Shown: positions 44,501-55,818 of the stretch, one piece after another | Numbering within the stretch: position 1 is the first letter of the stretch | How the letters are laid out: each line of letters begins with the position of its first letter | NCBI RefSeq assembly: GCF_002113885.1 | Contig: NW_018407979.1 | Span: 360,373 to 424,372, forward strand | DNA: 64,000 nucleotides | Reading direction: 5' to 3' | Source: Mizuhopecten yessoensis | Lineage: Eukaryota | The notes under the pieces: model-generated | Database searches by the model: none | The model's input: the letters and a program-made list of their open reading frames with translations, nothing else | What the model was told of the DNA's origin: nothing | Program-made: the position numbers and the translations under genes

Positions 44501-45598
44501 GTTCCTATATCATGAAATAAGAAATTGTAACACGTTAACAATCTCATTAATGAGTGACATCAAACGGAGCGGGTAGGATTAATGACAAACTCTGAAACGT
44601 TGCACATATCTCATTCAAAACCAGAATTGAAATCTGTGTGCTAATCAATATTCCACATTCCTCAGACAACAGTTTGGTTGTAATCATTTACAATAATTTT
44701 TCATACTGGTACCTTTTTTTGCAGTATGCAACAGATGATTTGGTACGCAATCACCTAGTGAGTGACCAATATATCTACCTGTCGCTCTTAGAGTGACAGT
44801 CATCATAAACACAAGCAACTTTATGTAAATAAATAAAAATTGCATTGCATTCAAAGGGTTACATCGTCAATCAAAATTATGATTTGATAATATTTGCAAT
44901 AAACAGTTACAATATGAATTTGTCAATTCCAAAATGTAGCAAATCGATTTGGTATATAGTAGGTCGATTAAGAAATCATAAAGGAGAAAAAATGAAAAAG
45001 AAAAAACACCCAACCAATCAGCTACGTTGCACATGACTTAAGTCAGCTTTTTCAGAAGTTGATCTGGATGAGTCCATTATGGTCTACATTGGTGAAAGGG
45101 TAAAGTAAATCAAACTTGCATTTTTTTCCAAAATACCTTAAATTTTACCATTACATTTGCAGCTTATTAATTCACTATCAGATCATTGTGGCATTCCTCA
45201 GTATATATACCAGTTTTAGCTATAAATTTCAATGATTTTTTCTATTAACATCTGTCTAGCTGATTCAAGTTTTGAACAACACGACCACAGATTTTGTGCC
45301 TACTGGTACAACAACATAGGTAGGACACACCCTCAACACATTTTTCCGATTTCTGAGTATCTGACGAACACAAAATGAGATCTACTCTAAATGGGTTTTA
45401 TATGATAAATGTTTAGGACTTGCAACAGACATAATCTGTCAGCACCACTGACACCACAAAACGACAAATGGATACCAATCCAGGATTTCATGTTTTCTGT
45501 TGGCACCCACCAACTTTGGGTAGTCAAGAAAACATACCAACACTGATCTCCATACTGAAGGGTTTGTCTTTCGATACACATATCTTCTCTTCACACTT

Positions 45599-45810
45599 GG
45601 GCCGTTTTTTGTTTAAACGGCCAAACCGGTCGGACCACAGTTGTTTGTTTATTAAATAAGATCGGACCTAGTAATCTGATGCTGCTTTCAGGCGAGCCTT
45701 GACAAAGCCTTGCAAGGCCTGCATAAACATTTGCAGGTCCGCCAGAATTTATACCCGGAATTCTTACATTTATAAACTGTCATACCGCTTTTTATAAACG
45801 AACAGGCCCT
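45599..45810. mobile_element. Probable Harbinger-type MITE in the RNF185 3' region
   Basis: Inverted ends GGGCCGTTTTTGTTTAAA / TTTATAAACGAACAGGCCC. Confidence 0.45.
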
Positions 45811-46133
45811 TGGAATATGTCACCAGAAATCAAAGGCTCTTTATGTGACATCTTAAGGTTGATACCTGTACACTAGATTTAAAAAGATAACAAAAATTAT
45901 GCGACAGCGCAACAGTAAAATCGACTTCTTTAAAGTTAGGTGTAGCTACTCTGTAATCTTTGTGGCAGATTTTAATTGTACATAGGATTACGGTCATCTT
46001 CTAGCTTCGCGCTTCAGGGAATTTTCCTGTAGCTCAGTGGTAGAGTGTTCAAACACTTTCTGTTAACACTTTATTAGACAGATATCAGCTTGACAATTGG
46101 TCAGGTACTTGATGATGTGTTTGATGGGGTCGA

Positions 46134-49100
46134 CTATGCAATGAGTAAATAGAAAATGAAGAGGATAGCTACCCATAAAAATACTTTAGACAGAAACTGT
46201 TCCTCACGATTCTGTGGTGATCCAGGGGGAGCTATCCAACAAAATATCAAAATTTATTATTAGATGAATTGTATATTGTTTTTAGAAATATTACTACAAT
46301 ATTGATCTATTTCACAAGGAAACATTCACAATTTTCCACAACATGTTTCAAAACAATAATTGATTCTAACACGGTTTCAAACAGTCAAAGACTGTGACGT
46401 TTTTAAAAATCTATTTGGCAGTCATTGATTGTAACATTGTTTGAACCGATCATTAATTGATTATAACATTGTTTGAACCAATCATTAATTGATTGTAATA
46501 TTGTTTGAACCAATCATTAATTGATTGTAACATTGATTGAACCAATTATTAATTGATTGCAACATTGTTTGAACCAATCATTAATTGATTGTAACATTGG
46601 TTCAACCAATCATTAATTGATTGTAACATTGTTTGAACCAATCATTAATTGATTATAACATTGATTGAACCGATCATTAATTGATTGTAACATTGGTTGA
46701 ACCAATCATTAATTGATTGTAACATTGTTTGAACCATTGATTAATTGATTGTAACATTGTTTGAACCAATCATTAATTGATTGTAATATTGTTTGAACCA
46801 ATCATTAATTCATTGTTATATTGTTTGAACCAATCAGTGAATCATTGATTGTAGCATTGTTGAAAGCAATTATTGATTGTAATTTTTTTTGAAGTATTTA
46901 TTGATTGTAACATTGTTTGAAGTATTCATTGATTGTAACATTGTTTGAAGTATTCATTAATTGTAACATTGTTTAAAGTATTCATTGGTTGTAACATTGT
47001 TTGAAGTATTCATTGATTGTAACATTTTTTGAAATATTCATTGATTGTAACATAATTGCAGTCATACATTGTTTCATTTTGTTGATGCCGAAAGTGGTAA
47101 ATTGAACAAAATTTGATGGAAAGGAACTATGCTTTGAAAAATTGAGTGAAAAGAGGTAAATAATAAACATGTATATTGTATGTGGTGGTAAAATGACCTA
47201 GAATGGTCACTTATACATACCTGGACCCGGACGTCCATCATTGAAATTAAACGTTGAGGCAAAAATTCCGAAGGGGAAAGCACCAATTCCAAATGACATA
47301 TGGAATCCTCCATCTCCGAACCCAAAACCTGGAAATCCCTGGGAATACAGAGAAATAACCACTGTAAAATCATAAATTTTCGTGGGACATTAAATTTCGT
47401 TTATTTCATGGACAACAAAATTCCACAATTTTTTTTTTTTAAATCCCCACTAAAACATAAATTTGATATGATATAGATAGGGAACAATCAGAAATCATCG
47501 AAATATAGTGTCCTTAAAACAGTCTAGTATGTGAAAACCACAGAATTTTAACCCCACAAAATAAATGATTCTACAGCATTTTTGTAGTTAATCATATTGG
47601 GGCTGTCGTGAGTACCCAAACACAACTCAATTTTTATTGGAACCCGTGTCTGAAAATGTGTACCGAAAAACCAATCAAAATTAGTTTATATGTCTGTCAT
47701 TGACTGTGTCAAATAGGTAGATAACGCAATATTTCAATATCCCAGCCATGTATGTTTTCTTTTGACCGGCAGGGGATGATACCGTAATTATATTTTGTTA
47801 AAAAAACAACAACATTGTTATCATTTTGTTTTCTCATGGCTGTACTTATCGAGAACTTTTCTACATATTGGACGTGTGATGAAATGACTTAGGCAAGACT
47901 AGTGTTACACATGATTCGTAGGTGTGAATAAAGGAGATTATGTTGGTTTATTTTAGAAAATGTTATTTTGGAAATTCTTCATTTTCACAAGGTGTCCAGG
48001 TCGTAAATTACCCATCTTAAATGTATGCATTGGAATATAATTACCATGCTCATTAACGATTGATAAATCAAGATTTTATGACAACTTAACCGTGGTATCT
48101 TTTTCTTTAACATCTACAGGAGCATCTCTCAGCCTTAACCCTTTCACCACTGTAGACCATAATGGACTCGTCCAGATTAATGCATGGTAGAGTCTACTAA
48201 AGTTACATAGGGGTGAAAGGGTTAAATATTCCAGTCTGATTAACTCTTGTGTCCTTTCTCTATACCTACCCCTCCTTGATTTTCTGGTTCAGATCTTTGA
48301 CCTGCTGGTCGAGGTGGCAGTTTTTCTCTGCAAAAAAAGATTATTATATGATGAAAGGAAATTGGTTTTTTTCCTAAGTTTTTATGTATAAATCATCACC
48401 TTTACAATTGAAGATAATACCTTTGATTCAATACATTCCCCCCCACCCCACCCCCGACTATTTTTGTAAATTTATCATCACCTTTTCTTGCAGCTTTCAA
48501 AACTAAATCCGACTAAAATATGATAAGTTTGGCCAGTATGAGATATGATATAATTTTAATTTGTTTAGATCAGCTTGAAATTCAAGTCAAGAAATTCAAG
48601 TGGGTTATAAGCTGTAAATGATCAGGGTCTACAGGATTTCTAAACTAAGATACTATAGCTAGTACTGGACAATATCACTTCAAAATACACTGTAGATATT
48701 TTATAAGAAAGATTTTGATAGGTGCAGAATGCATATAAATGTAAATTTTATTTATTTTACAACAATTATAAAACAAGTTATTTCAACTTATGTTAATCAT
48801 TCTTGGTGGCTCGGATGTTAGCGTGCGGGGGTCTTATTGTGAGAGGAAACAGGAGTACCCGGAGAAAACCCACATGGTCAGGCAGGTGACCCCAACACCT
48901 TTTTACGTCCGATCAGGGATTCGAACCCGGTCGCCTTGGTGAAAGGCAAGTGCGCTATCCAGTGCACCACCCGACCACCCTGGTGGTGCAGAATACACAT
49001 TTTTCATCAAAAGATCAATTTTTGAAGTGGAACTTAGATCTACATGTACCTTGGGTCCTGCTGGTTATTGGAGCCCCTGCCATATACTGGTATTACTTTG

Positions 49101-50951
49101 TCCTTGCCAATGCCGGCTTTACACACTGGACACATCTGTTTCTGTGGGCGAGTCTCCAACCATTGGTGGAGACAGGGCCAGCTGTAATTATAATCAATTA
49201 TAAATTTGACTATATATTTTTGAAACAGAATTATTTTTTTCTTTCTTTCTTTTTTATGCAAACCATCAATATATCATAACCAACCCCTTAACAGTACCAA
49301 CGTGCAGATAAGTTTCTTGGTAAAGTAATACATAGCACATCTAATATGGGGATTTCTACATTTTCTTTTTCAGTGACTTCCGAATTACATGTAGGCAATA
49401 CCTTGGATTTTTATCTTTTCTTTCTCTCCCTTCTTCAACTTAAATTGTTTCAGCATCTCTCTATGCTTATAATTACATTTACAACAGTTTGACCAATGCT
49501 ATGACATTTAATCTGTATGGATCATTTAATTTGATCACAGAGCCTTATACATGCATGTACATGCATACAAATTGTAAGGGTGCACTGGTCTGTTCAATTT
49601 ATAATCATTTATATTTTTTACCGTCACTTTTGGTTTCAAATCACAGGCTCTGTCTGTCAAATACTGTATCCATATATAGATAGCCGATAGATGTATTTGA
49701 CAGATAAAGCTACTGCCTTTGTTACTAGCAAAACAGTTTATGGGTTGTGCACTTCACCACCTGACTGACATTTGGCTAATTAACCACATTGAAATCATCA
49801 CTTTTACCAAGGAAAACATACAGAGCTTATGAGAAGAGCTTAACTCATTCACCCCTGAAATTTCATAATGAACTATTCCAACCTTTGAATTAGAAGAGTT
49901 CAAATGTGTCTTAAGTGGTGAATGAGTTAACATGAGAATTTTAAAATTGGTATGCGACCAAAGTGATTTATGGGACACATGTCCCTAATTCCTGGACTCG
50001 TCCTTTTCCTTTGGTACACCCTCAGTTTCAGAACCCACTCTATCTGTAAATAATGGGTCAAACCGTCCATCTATATATCCATGCGGTCCATTCATGCATG
50101 ACTTTTTGTGTGATCGAAGACAGACGTGTCCCAGTAGATTTTTGTTGCCAGCAACCCAATGATACCAAATGGTGTTCAAGAATTCCAGGCCCCATATATA
50201 TATATATATATATACACCAGACATCTATCTGTCAAAATGTCCCAGTCCTGGTGTCATGGCCATATGAAACTTGGGCTAGTATATTCCCTTAAATGAAGGA
50301 CAGCACATATAAGCCTGATGGCCATATTAAACTTGGGCTAGTATATTCCCTTAAACGAAGAACAGCACATATAAGCCTGGGTCTTCTAGCTCTGACACAG
50401 ACTTACGACGTTTTGACTGAAAGAAGTCTAACACGTATGCCTGTCAAAATGTTAAAGTCTGAAAAAAGGTAGATTTTTGTTGCCAGCAACCCAATGACAC
50501 CAAATGGTGTTCGAGAAATCCAGATCCCATATATTTATATACCAGACATCTATCTGTCAAAATGTCCCAGTCTGATGTCACATTCCATTAAACGAAGGAC
50601 AGCACATATAAGCCCGAGTCTTCTAGCGCTGACACAGACTTACGACGTTTTGACTGAAAGAAGTCTAACAAGTATGTCTGTCAAAATGTCAACGTCTGGT
50701 GTCAGGAAACTCGGGGTACACTAATATAACCACTCAACAGTTGATGATGATCATATTTCAGACGATATTTAGCAAAAAGGATTGACAAGTTGACAATCGT
50801 ACCAAAACAAATGTCCACACATGCTGACAACCGGATCGCGTGCTGTGTCCAGACAAATGTTGCACTCGTAAAATGTCCCTGCATCTGTGTCCGCTGAATC
50901 TGCTCCCCCGGGGGGCGTGGTACCTCCTTCTGCTCCAGTCGGCGTCGCCAT
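46134..50951 (-). CDS. RNF185: RNF185/RNF5-family C3HC4 RING E3 ubiquitin ligase, ER-membrane anchored, 5 exons, 184 aa
   Basis: Exons 50951-50803, 49181-49050, 48327-48270, 47338-47221, 46231-46134 (555 nt). RING: [46 protein letters not shown]. Then [36 protein letters not shown] and a C-terminal TM segment [22 protein letters not shown]. Probably the single invertebrate co-ortholog of RNF5/RNF185. Confidence 0.95.
46420..47055. repeat. Compound minisatellite: 32-bp units followed by related 28-bp units
   Basis: (CATTAATTGATTGTAACATTGTTTGAACCAAT)n to about 46835, then (GTATTCATTGATTGTAACATTGTTTGAA)n. Confidence 0.92.
47361..47578. mobile_element. Probable Tc1/mariner-type MITE
   Basis: Ends ACTGTAAAATCATAAATTTTCGTGGG / CCCACAAAATAAATGATTCTACAG. 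Confidence 0.5.
48805..48980 (-). mobile_element. tRNA-derived SINE with V-domain-like core
   Basis: Minus-strand head GGGTGGTCGGGTGGTGCACTGGATAGCGCAC...GGGTTCGAATCCC, then GTGGGTTTTCTCCGGGTACTCCTGTTTCCTCTCAC. Confidence 0.75.
50133..50692. repeat. Local tandem duplication in RNF185 intron 1 with a nested ~60-bp duplication
   Basis: gtagatttttgttgccagcaacccaatga...ctgacacagacttacgacgttttgactgaaagaagtctaaca occurs at about 50133-50452 and again at about 50469-50690. Confidence 0.8.
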
Positions 50952-52639
50952 GTTTAATTTAGTTTACGTTCTTAGATGTTGGCTTAATCTATTCCACACG
51001 TGTCATTATTGAAGCATAATAAGACGCAAATAAGACTTCTATTCCATCATCACGTCAAAATATATTCCACTCGTGAAGTTCCGGAAGTTACTGTGTTGAC
51101 GTATAACTACTCATGCGCAGTAAACCCTAAAGGGGGGATAATTACATATAATCGCATATACGTAGCACACTATCAAATGTTCATGTAATAATAAGTTTCC
51201 AATGATTTTCATTAATCTATAGTGTTTATCACCATATTTTTCCTGCTTTAAGAAATTAAAAAATTCAAGTAACAATAACATAGTTAGAATAAGATAGATA
51301 TATTATATATTTTAAGAAATATTCATTTTTACCCATTCAGAATATTTATCCTTGCTGCAGACGACAGATAAATGTGCTTATTTCATTTTAAAACGAAGTA
51401 AACAGGGTGTCTGTATACAATTTGAAATAATTAATTTGAGTTAAGCATATATCGTCTAGACACCAGTTTCCGCGCGTTATGTATTTCCGCGCAGACATTT
51501 TATCAAGCTATATCTCGTAACTACGTGACCTGCTGGCCACAACACAAGGATATTTTAGACGTTTGGCCATCGTCTGTAAACTGACAAAAAAATTACCGGA
51601 AGTTCGTCCGAAAAATCACCGATTAAAAACACGCATAAATATGCAGTTTTGCTTAATGCTCTTTTTATCTTGCTCAAAATGAGCCCATACCTGAAAAAAC
51701 GGTGATATATTTCATTCATGAACCAGTCTTTTTTGTAGTCTGACCAACGTACGAAAATGACGTATGCAAATGAGGCCACATCTCCTCGCCGATTTTTTTC
51801 CACTTCCGAAGAGCCAAGGAGACATTCTTCTATCGATAAACAGTGTTTTCAATGAAACGTAAAACTTGTAATGCAATGAACCTTCAATTTTCACCAATTT
51901 GAAACAGAACAAAATGAGAAATAACTTACCATCAACCAAAACCGATATAAGACTGCAGATTTTTTTTTTAACAGATTCTATATCATAACCAAATAAATAT
52001 AATAACTAATTTTTAAAAAATACATGAATTCGTTCAATTTGACATCTTGAAAAATAAATTAAAAAGGTGAAATTTAAAAAAGGTTGTTTTGATATTTAAT
52101 TTGACGATTAAAGATATATTTTTATTCCAAACGAAGCTTTTGTTCTTGCAGGTCACTGTAGATAATTTCTTTTTAGTGTATTCGAGTTATCTTTCTTTGA
52201 ACACTAAATCAAAATAGACACACGGAAACATATGACGGCTACTTCCGACGGGAGAAATTTGTTAAAAATTGTTTGTTCTGATTTTTTTTAAAATACAGTT
52301 TTATGTTGCTAGTTTTTTGTTTCCATTAGTAGATTGTAAACATGTTTATGACAGTGATCCGTAATTTCAACAGTTTTCTGCCGATATGAGTACGAAATCG
52401 CGGATGCTTCTTAAGTGCGCGGAAACCGGTAACCCGAGGATACATATGTAATACATGTCTCTGAGTAAGGTAAAAAAAACCACGACAACCAACCAGCAGT
52501 CGTTTGGCACGGATTTGGATCATCTGAGGTTGGAGAACATCTATGTAACGTGGAAGCGGGAACCTATTTAACCACTGAGCCCGGATCATGCTATTGAGCA
52601 AGTCATGGGGCTATCACACATTGTCATAGTATCGGTTAC

Positions 52640-52831
52640 TATTTTACGTCTTTGCGTATTGCAGAGTTATGTTCTCTTGGGAACAGGTATTGATTGTTAC
52701 GTCATTGGTTTGTGTGATAAAATTACGTCGTTTTTCAAAAATTGATGACGTTACTCTCACAAACAAGTGACGTACCAATCAATACCTGCCCCCAAGCGAA
52801 GATAACTCTGCAATACGCAAAGACGGAATAC
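52640..52831. mobile_element. Palindromic ~190-bp MITE; second copy at about 58658-58847
   Basis: CGTCTTTGCGTATTGCAGAGTTAT...CAGGTATTGATTG versus CAATCAATACCTG...ATAACTCTGCAATACGCAAAGACG. Confidence 0.8.
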
Positions 52832-53795
52832 TCTTTAAAGGAAGCTACCTTGCCATTAATGCAACAGTTTCCCCGTTTCCCTCATATTCTTTTGGTCTTT
52901 TGCTCTGCACTGCCCCCACCCCTCCCCCCACCTCCTCACCGAAAAAAGAGATAAAGTCTTGTCCCGAGACTTTGGGTGGGGAATTCCGTGGATGCTTTAC
53001 TATTAACCCTTTCACCACCGTAGACCATAATGGACTCATCCAGAAGCATGGTAGAGTTTACTAAAGTAACATAGGGTGAAAGGGTTAAGGGAGTCCCCAA
53101 TCATCTTTGAAACACAACTAGCTCGATGACATGGCAATATTTCCCCACTATTCTCCTCAGCTGATGCATTGTAAAAACTTACGGGGATAATAGGGTAATT
53201 AATTTATATATATATGATAAAGAGCTACTCGCAAACACCTGGACTAGATCACATAATTTCGTTTTTGATGGCGATAAGCCTTAAGTTGTGCCCTTTTTGT
53301 GGTCATTACTTTGATTGTCGATATGAATACGTGGCATTGTTGTTTTTGGACTGTTAAAATTCAGTAAAAATTCTTAATACATAAAAGAAGACACAAGGTT
53401 TTGGCATAACCACTGATCAATGCTACTTAATTTACACGGGGATCATTTCCTCTCATCAGGCCTTGCAATCAATCAAATATACAATCAAGACTTACAGTGT
53501 TATTTTCATTCACTGCATGTTCACGTGATGACTAGTGTTTAGCGATTATTCTGCGAGAATTTGCTGTAATAAAATGTTCATAGAAAAGTACAAGTATCTT
53601 GGATTAGCACTCGCGTACATACTATCCCAGTCTTATATCGGTTTTAAAATCACAATAAATATCTTTGGAAAATGAAATCTATTTATTTGCTGTTGGAATA
53701 TTTGAAATAAAAACTCAATAATTCTGTTTGAATAAATTAATATGAACTGAATATTAAGTATATCACATAAGTGTTCTTTTTGTCTTGCGTTGATA

Positions 53796-54587
53796 CTAAG
53801 TTCGTCTCTTTTTCCCAGAAGACAACGCCGTTCGACCTGTGTTTCCCTGGGAAGACAATTTCTCTTGTAGATCTGAAATAGTGAACTTAAGATTATTCAC
53901 TTCTCTGTCATATTCTGTTTTCAGATGCTGGAGCTTTTTACGGAAAATCTCTTGATTTGAAGAGCTTGATTGAGCAGGTGCGATCGATGTCTTTTGTTTA
54001 AGTTTTGACAATTTGTTTTCGTAATCCAATGAAAGTTTCAGGATTTCGGATTCCTTTTCAGCGTATGATTTATCCAATTTTTGTTGCAGCTGGTACATTT
54101 CATCGTTTTTCAGTTCGATAATTCCCCTTAACTTGTCTACCTCGAATTCCTTCTCTCTGTTAAAGGTTTCTGTTAATTTGCTCGTTTCTTTAGAATGTTC
54201 ATCTTGCATTTTCTCAATTGATTTGGTATGTCTTACTTTTTGGGCAATTCCTTCCGATTTCGCATCACAAAGTTTTTTTGTTTGTTTTTTAAGTTCTTCT
54301 TGACATTTTCTGACGTTTTCCTCTAAGTCACACATGTTGTGAAGCTGCTTGTGCATAGTATCTATCATTCCCTGAAGATCACAAACAGTTTTTTCAAGCT
54401 CTGTGTTTTTCTTCTTCAGTCTCTCGTTCTCAGTTCTTAAACTTTTAGTTTCTTCAGTTAATTCAGTTTTGCTCTTCACCAAGTCTGCGATAACCAGCTG
54501 CCAGTTATCGAATGTGTCAATGATGGAGTCCAGCTCTAGGCACTGTTCACTCCGATTTTTCTCTGAAGTTTTTTCTTCTCTATCCAT
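53796..54587 (-). CDS. CCDC152: Coiled-coil domain-containing protein 152-like, single coding exon, 263 aa
   Basis: Long heptad-rich ORF starting MDREEK. Its C-terminus EKESEILKLSLDYENKL...EIFRKKLQHLKTEYDREVNNLKFTISDLQEKLS...KKRRT resembles human CCDC152 as recalled (EKQNEIIKLQLEFDAKL...IYRRKLQHFQEEKNKEI...IRDLEQRLS...KRRRF). An acceptor (tttgacag) opens the exon at 54601; a likely upstream non-coding exon ends at 55472 (donor gtaagt). Confidence 0.8.
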   Translation of the reverse strand: MDREEKTSEKNRSEQCLELDSIIDTFDNWQLVIADLVKSKTELTEETKSLRTENERLKKKNTELEKTVCDLQGMIDTMHKQLHNMCDLEENVRKCQEELKKQTKKLCDAKSEGIAQKVRHTKSIEKMQDEHSKETSKLTETFNREKEFEVDKLRGIIELKNDEMYQLQQKLDKSYAEKESEILKLSLDYENKLSKLKQKTSIAPAQSSSSNQEIFRKKLQHLKTEYDREVNNLKFTISDLQEKLSSQGNTGRTALSSGKKRRT

Positions 54588-54759
54588 CTTCAGTGTGAAA
54601 CCTGTCAAAATAAATCAATGAGTAATGATGAACTTTTTGACCATGTTTGGCATATAGTACACCACAGGTGCTGGACACACTAAAAGTAATATGATGTGTA
54701 TATACACCTGTGTAGTACACATACCGGTATACACTTTACTTACTATTAAAACAGATGTG

Positions 54760-55410
54760 CTTGCATAAATATTCATTATTTCAGTGACACATTGATAAAC
54801 TTTGTATCGCTGTTTGATATTTTCATTATTAAAATTAAAACTTTCGTGTTTCTAACAATATAAGTTACTCTGCATAAAAGGAAATGAACAATTTATGAGT
54901 TGCAAACTTCTATCAAGAATTCATGTATCAGATTAATTGAAGATTCTTGCTTTTTGAAAATTTATAGATAAAACTTAAAAGCAATGCCGTTCGAATGAAG
55001 GTTAATAATGATAATGTACAACATTTGTATAGCGCCCTATATAATTTGCAAAATTACCCTAAGGCACGTTACAACAGATGGATAATTTTATTCTTACAGT
55101 GAAAGTAATAAAAATAGCACCTGTGTAGTTCCAAGATTTGCTCTATAAAAATTCATCATTTAATTACACACTGGTAAACTTTGTATCAGTGTTTCATATT
55201 TTCATTATTATCAAAATTAAAACTTTCATGTTTCTGTTAATATTTACATTTGCTTTGCATAAAATGGATAAAATCTATGGAATTAGGCCTAGATTGCTAT
55301 CTAAGTCCGTGAAAAAAAGAACGATTTAATCGTTTGCGAGTTGCAAACTTCTAACAAGAATTCATTGTAGGTTCTTGCTTTCGAAAAAAAATTCCGTTCG
55401 AATGAAATTG
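54760..55410. repeat. Degenerate ~250-bp local duplication in the CCDC152 5' UTR intron
   Basis: taaactttgtatc...attaaaactttc...gagttgcaaacttcta.caagaattcat...ccgttcgaatgaa occurs at about 54760-55000 and about 55140-55408. Confidence 0.65.
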
Positions 55411-55563
55411 TAGAAAAGTCTGTTAAAATATAATGATGTGACAAACCAAAGTAGAATCTGTAATAACTTACCAATCGACCTAAATAAATCGAATTTTCGT
55501 GACAATGAAACTTCAGCAGACTTTTTACTGCAGTACGGGGTTGCGAGAACGCTTCTTTTCCAT

Positions 55564-55818
55564 TAGAAACAAAACATTTGAAAGATTGAGATCTTGAAAC
55601 TTAAAATTCATAAAAGAATACGAATCATCCAAAGTGTTGATGCAAAGTATATAATTATTCTATGAAAAAATGATGAATAGCAATCACACAACAATTTCTA
55701 AGTGTATCGTAATAGGCTGTTTATGTCATTTCTACTTTCACTTTTCATTTTAACAGGAAGTGTTTAAAGCGCCATCTATTAGCCTTAGTTATGAACGGCT
55801 AGGCCAGAAGCAATAGTT
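55564..55818. promoter_or_regulatory. Candidate bidirectional promoter between CCDC152 and RUSF1
   Basis: Less than 350 bp between the CCDC152 first-exon donor (55471) and the RUSF1 ATG (55819); ETS-like ACAGGAAGTG at 55753-55762 and CTCF-like GCGCCATCTATT at 55769-55780. Confidence 0.55.

Noticed and set aside
41550-46130. Numerous 60-80 aa ORFs between the satellite and RNF185
   Set aside because: No recognizable homology or exon chain; consistent with RNF185 3' UTR, intergenic DNA and repeats.
54588-54608. N-terminal extension MTGFTLK in the supplied 270-aa ORF
   Set aside because: It starts at a TTG inside the intron acceptor; the first ATG is at 54587.
55525-55563. ATG at 55563 as the CCDC152 start codon
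   Set aside because: It reaches TAA after 12 codons and is out of frame with the main ORF; treated as a uORF.
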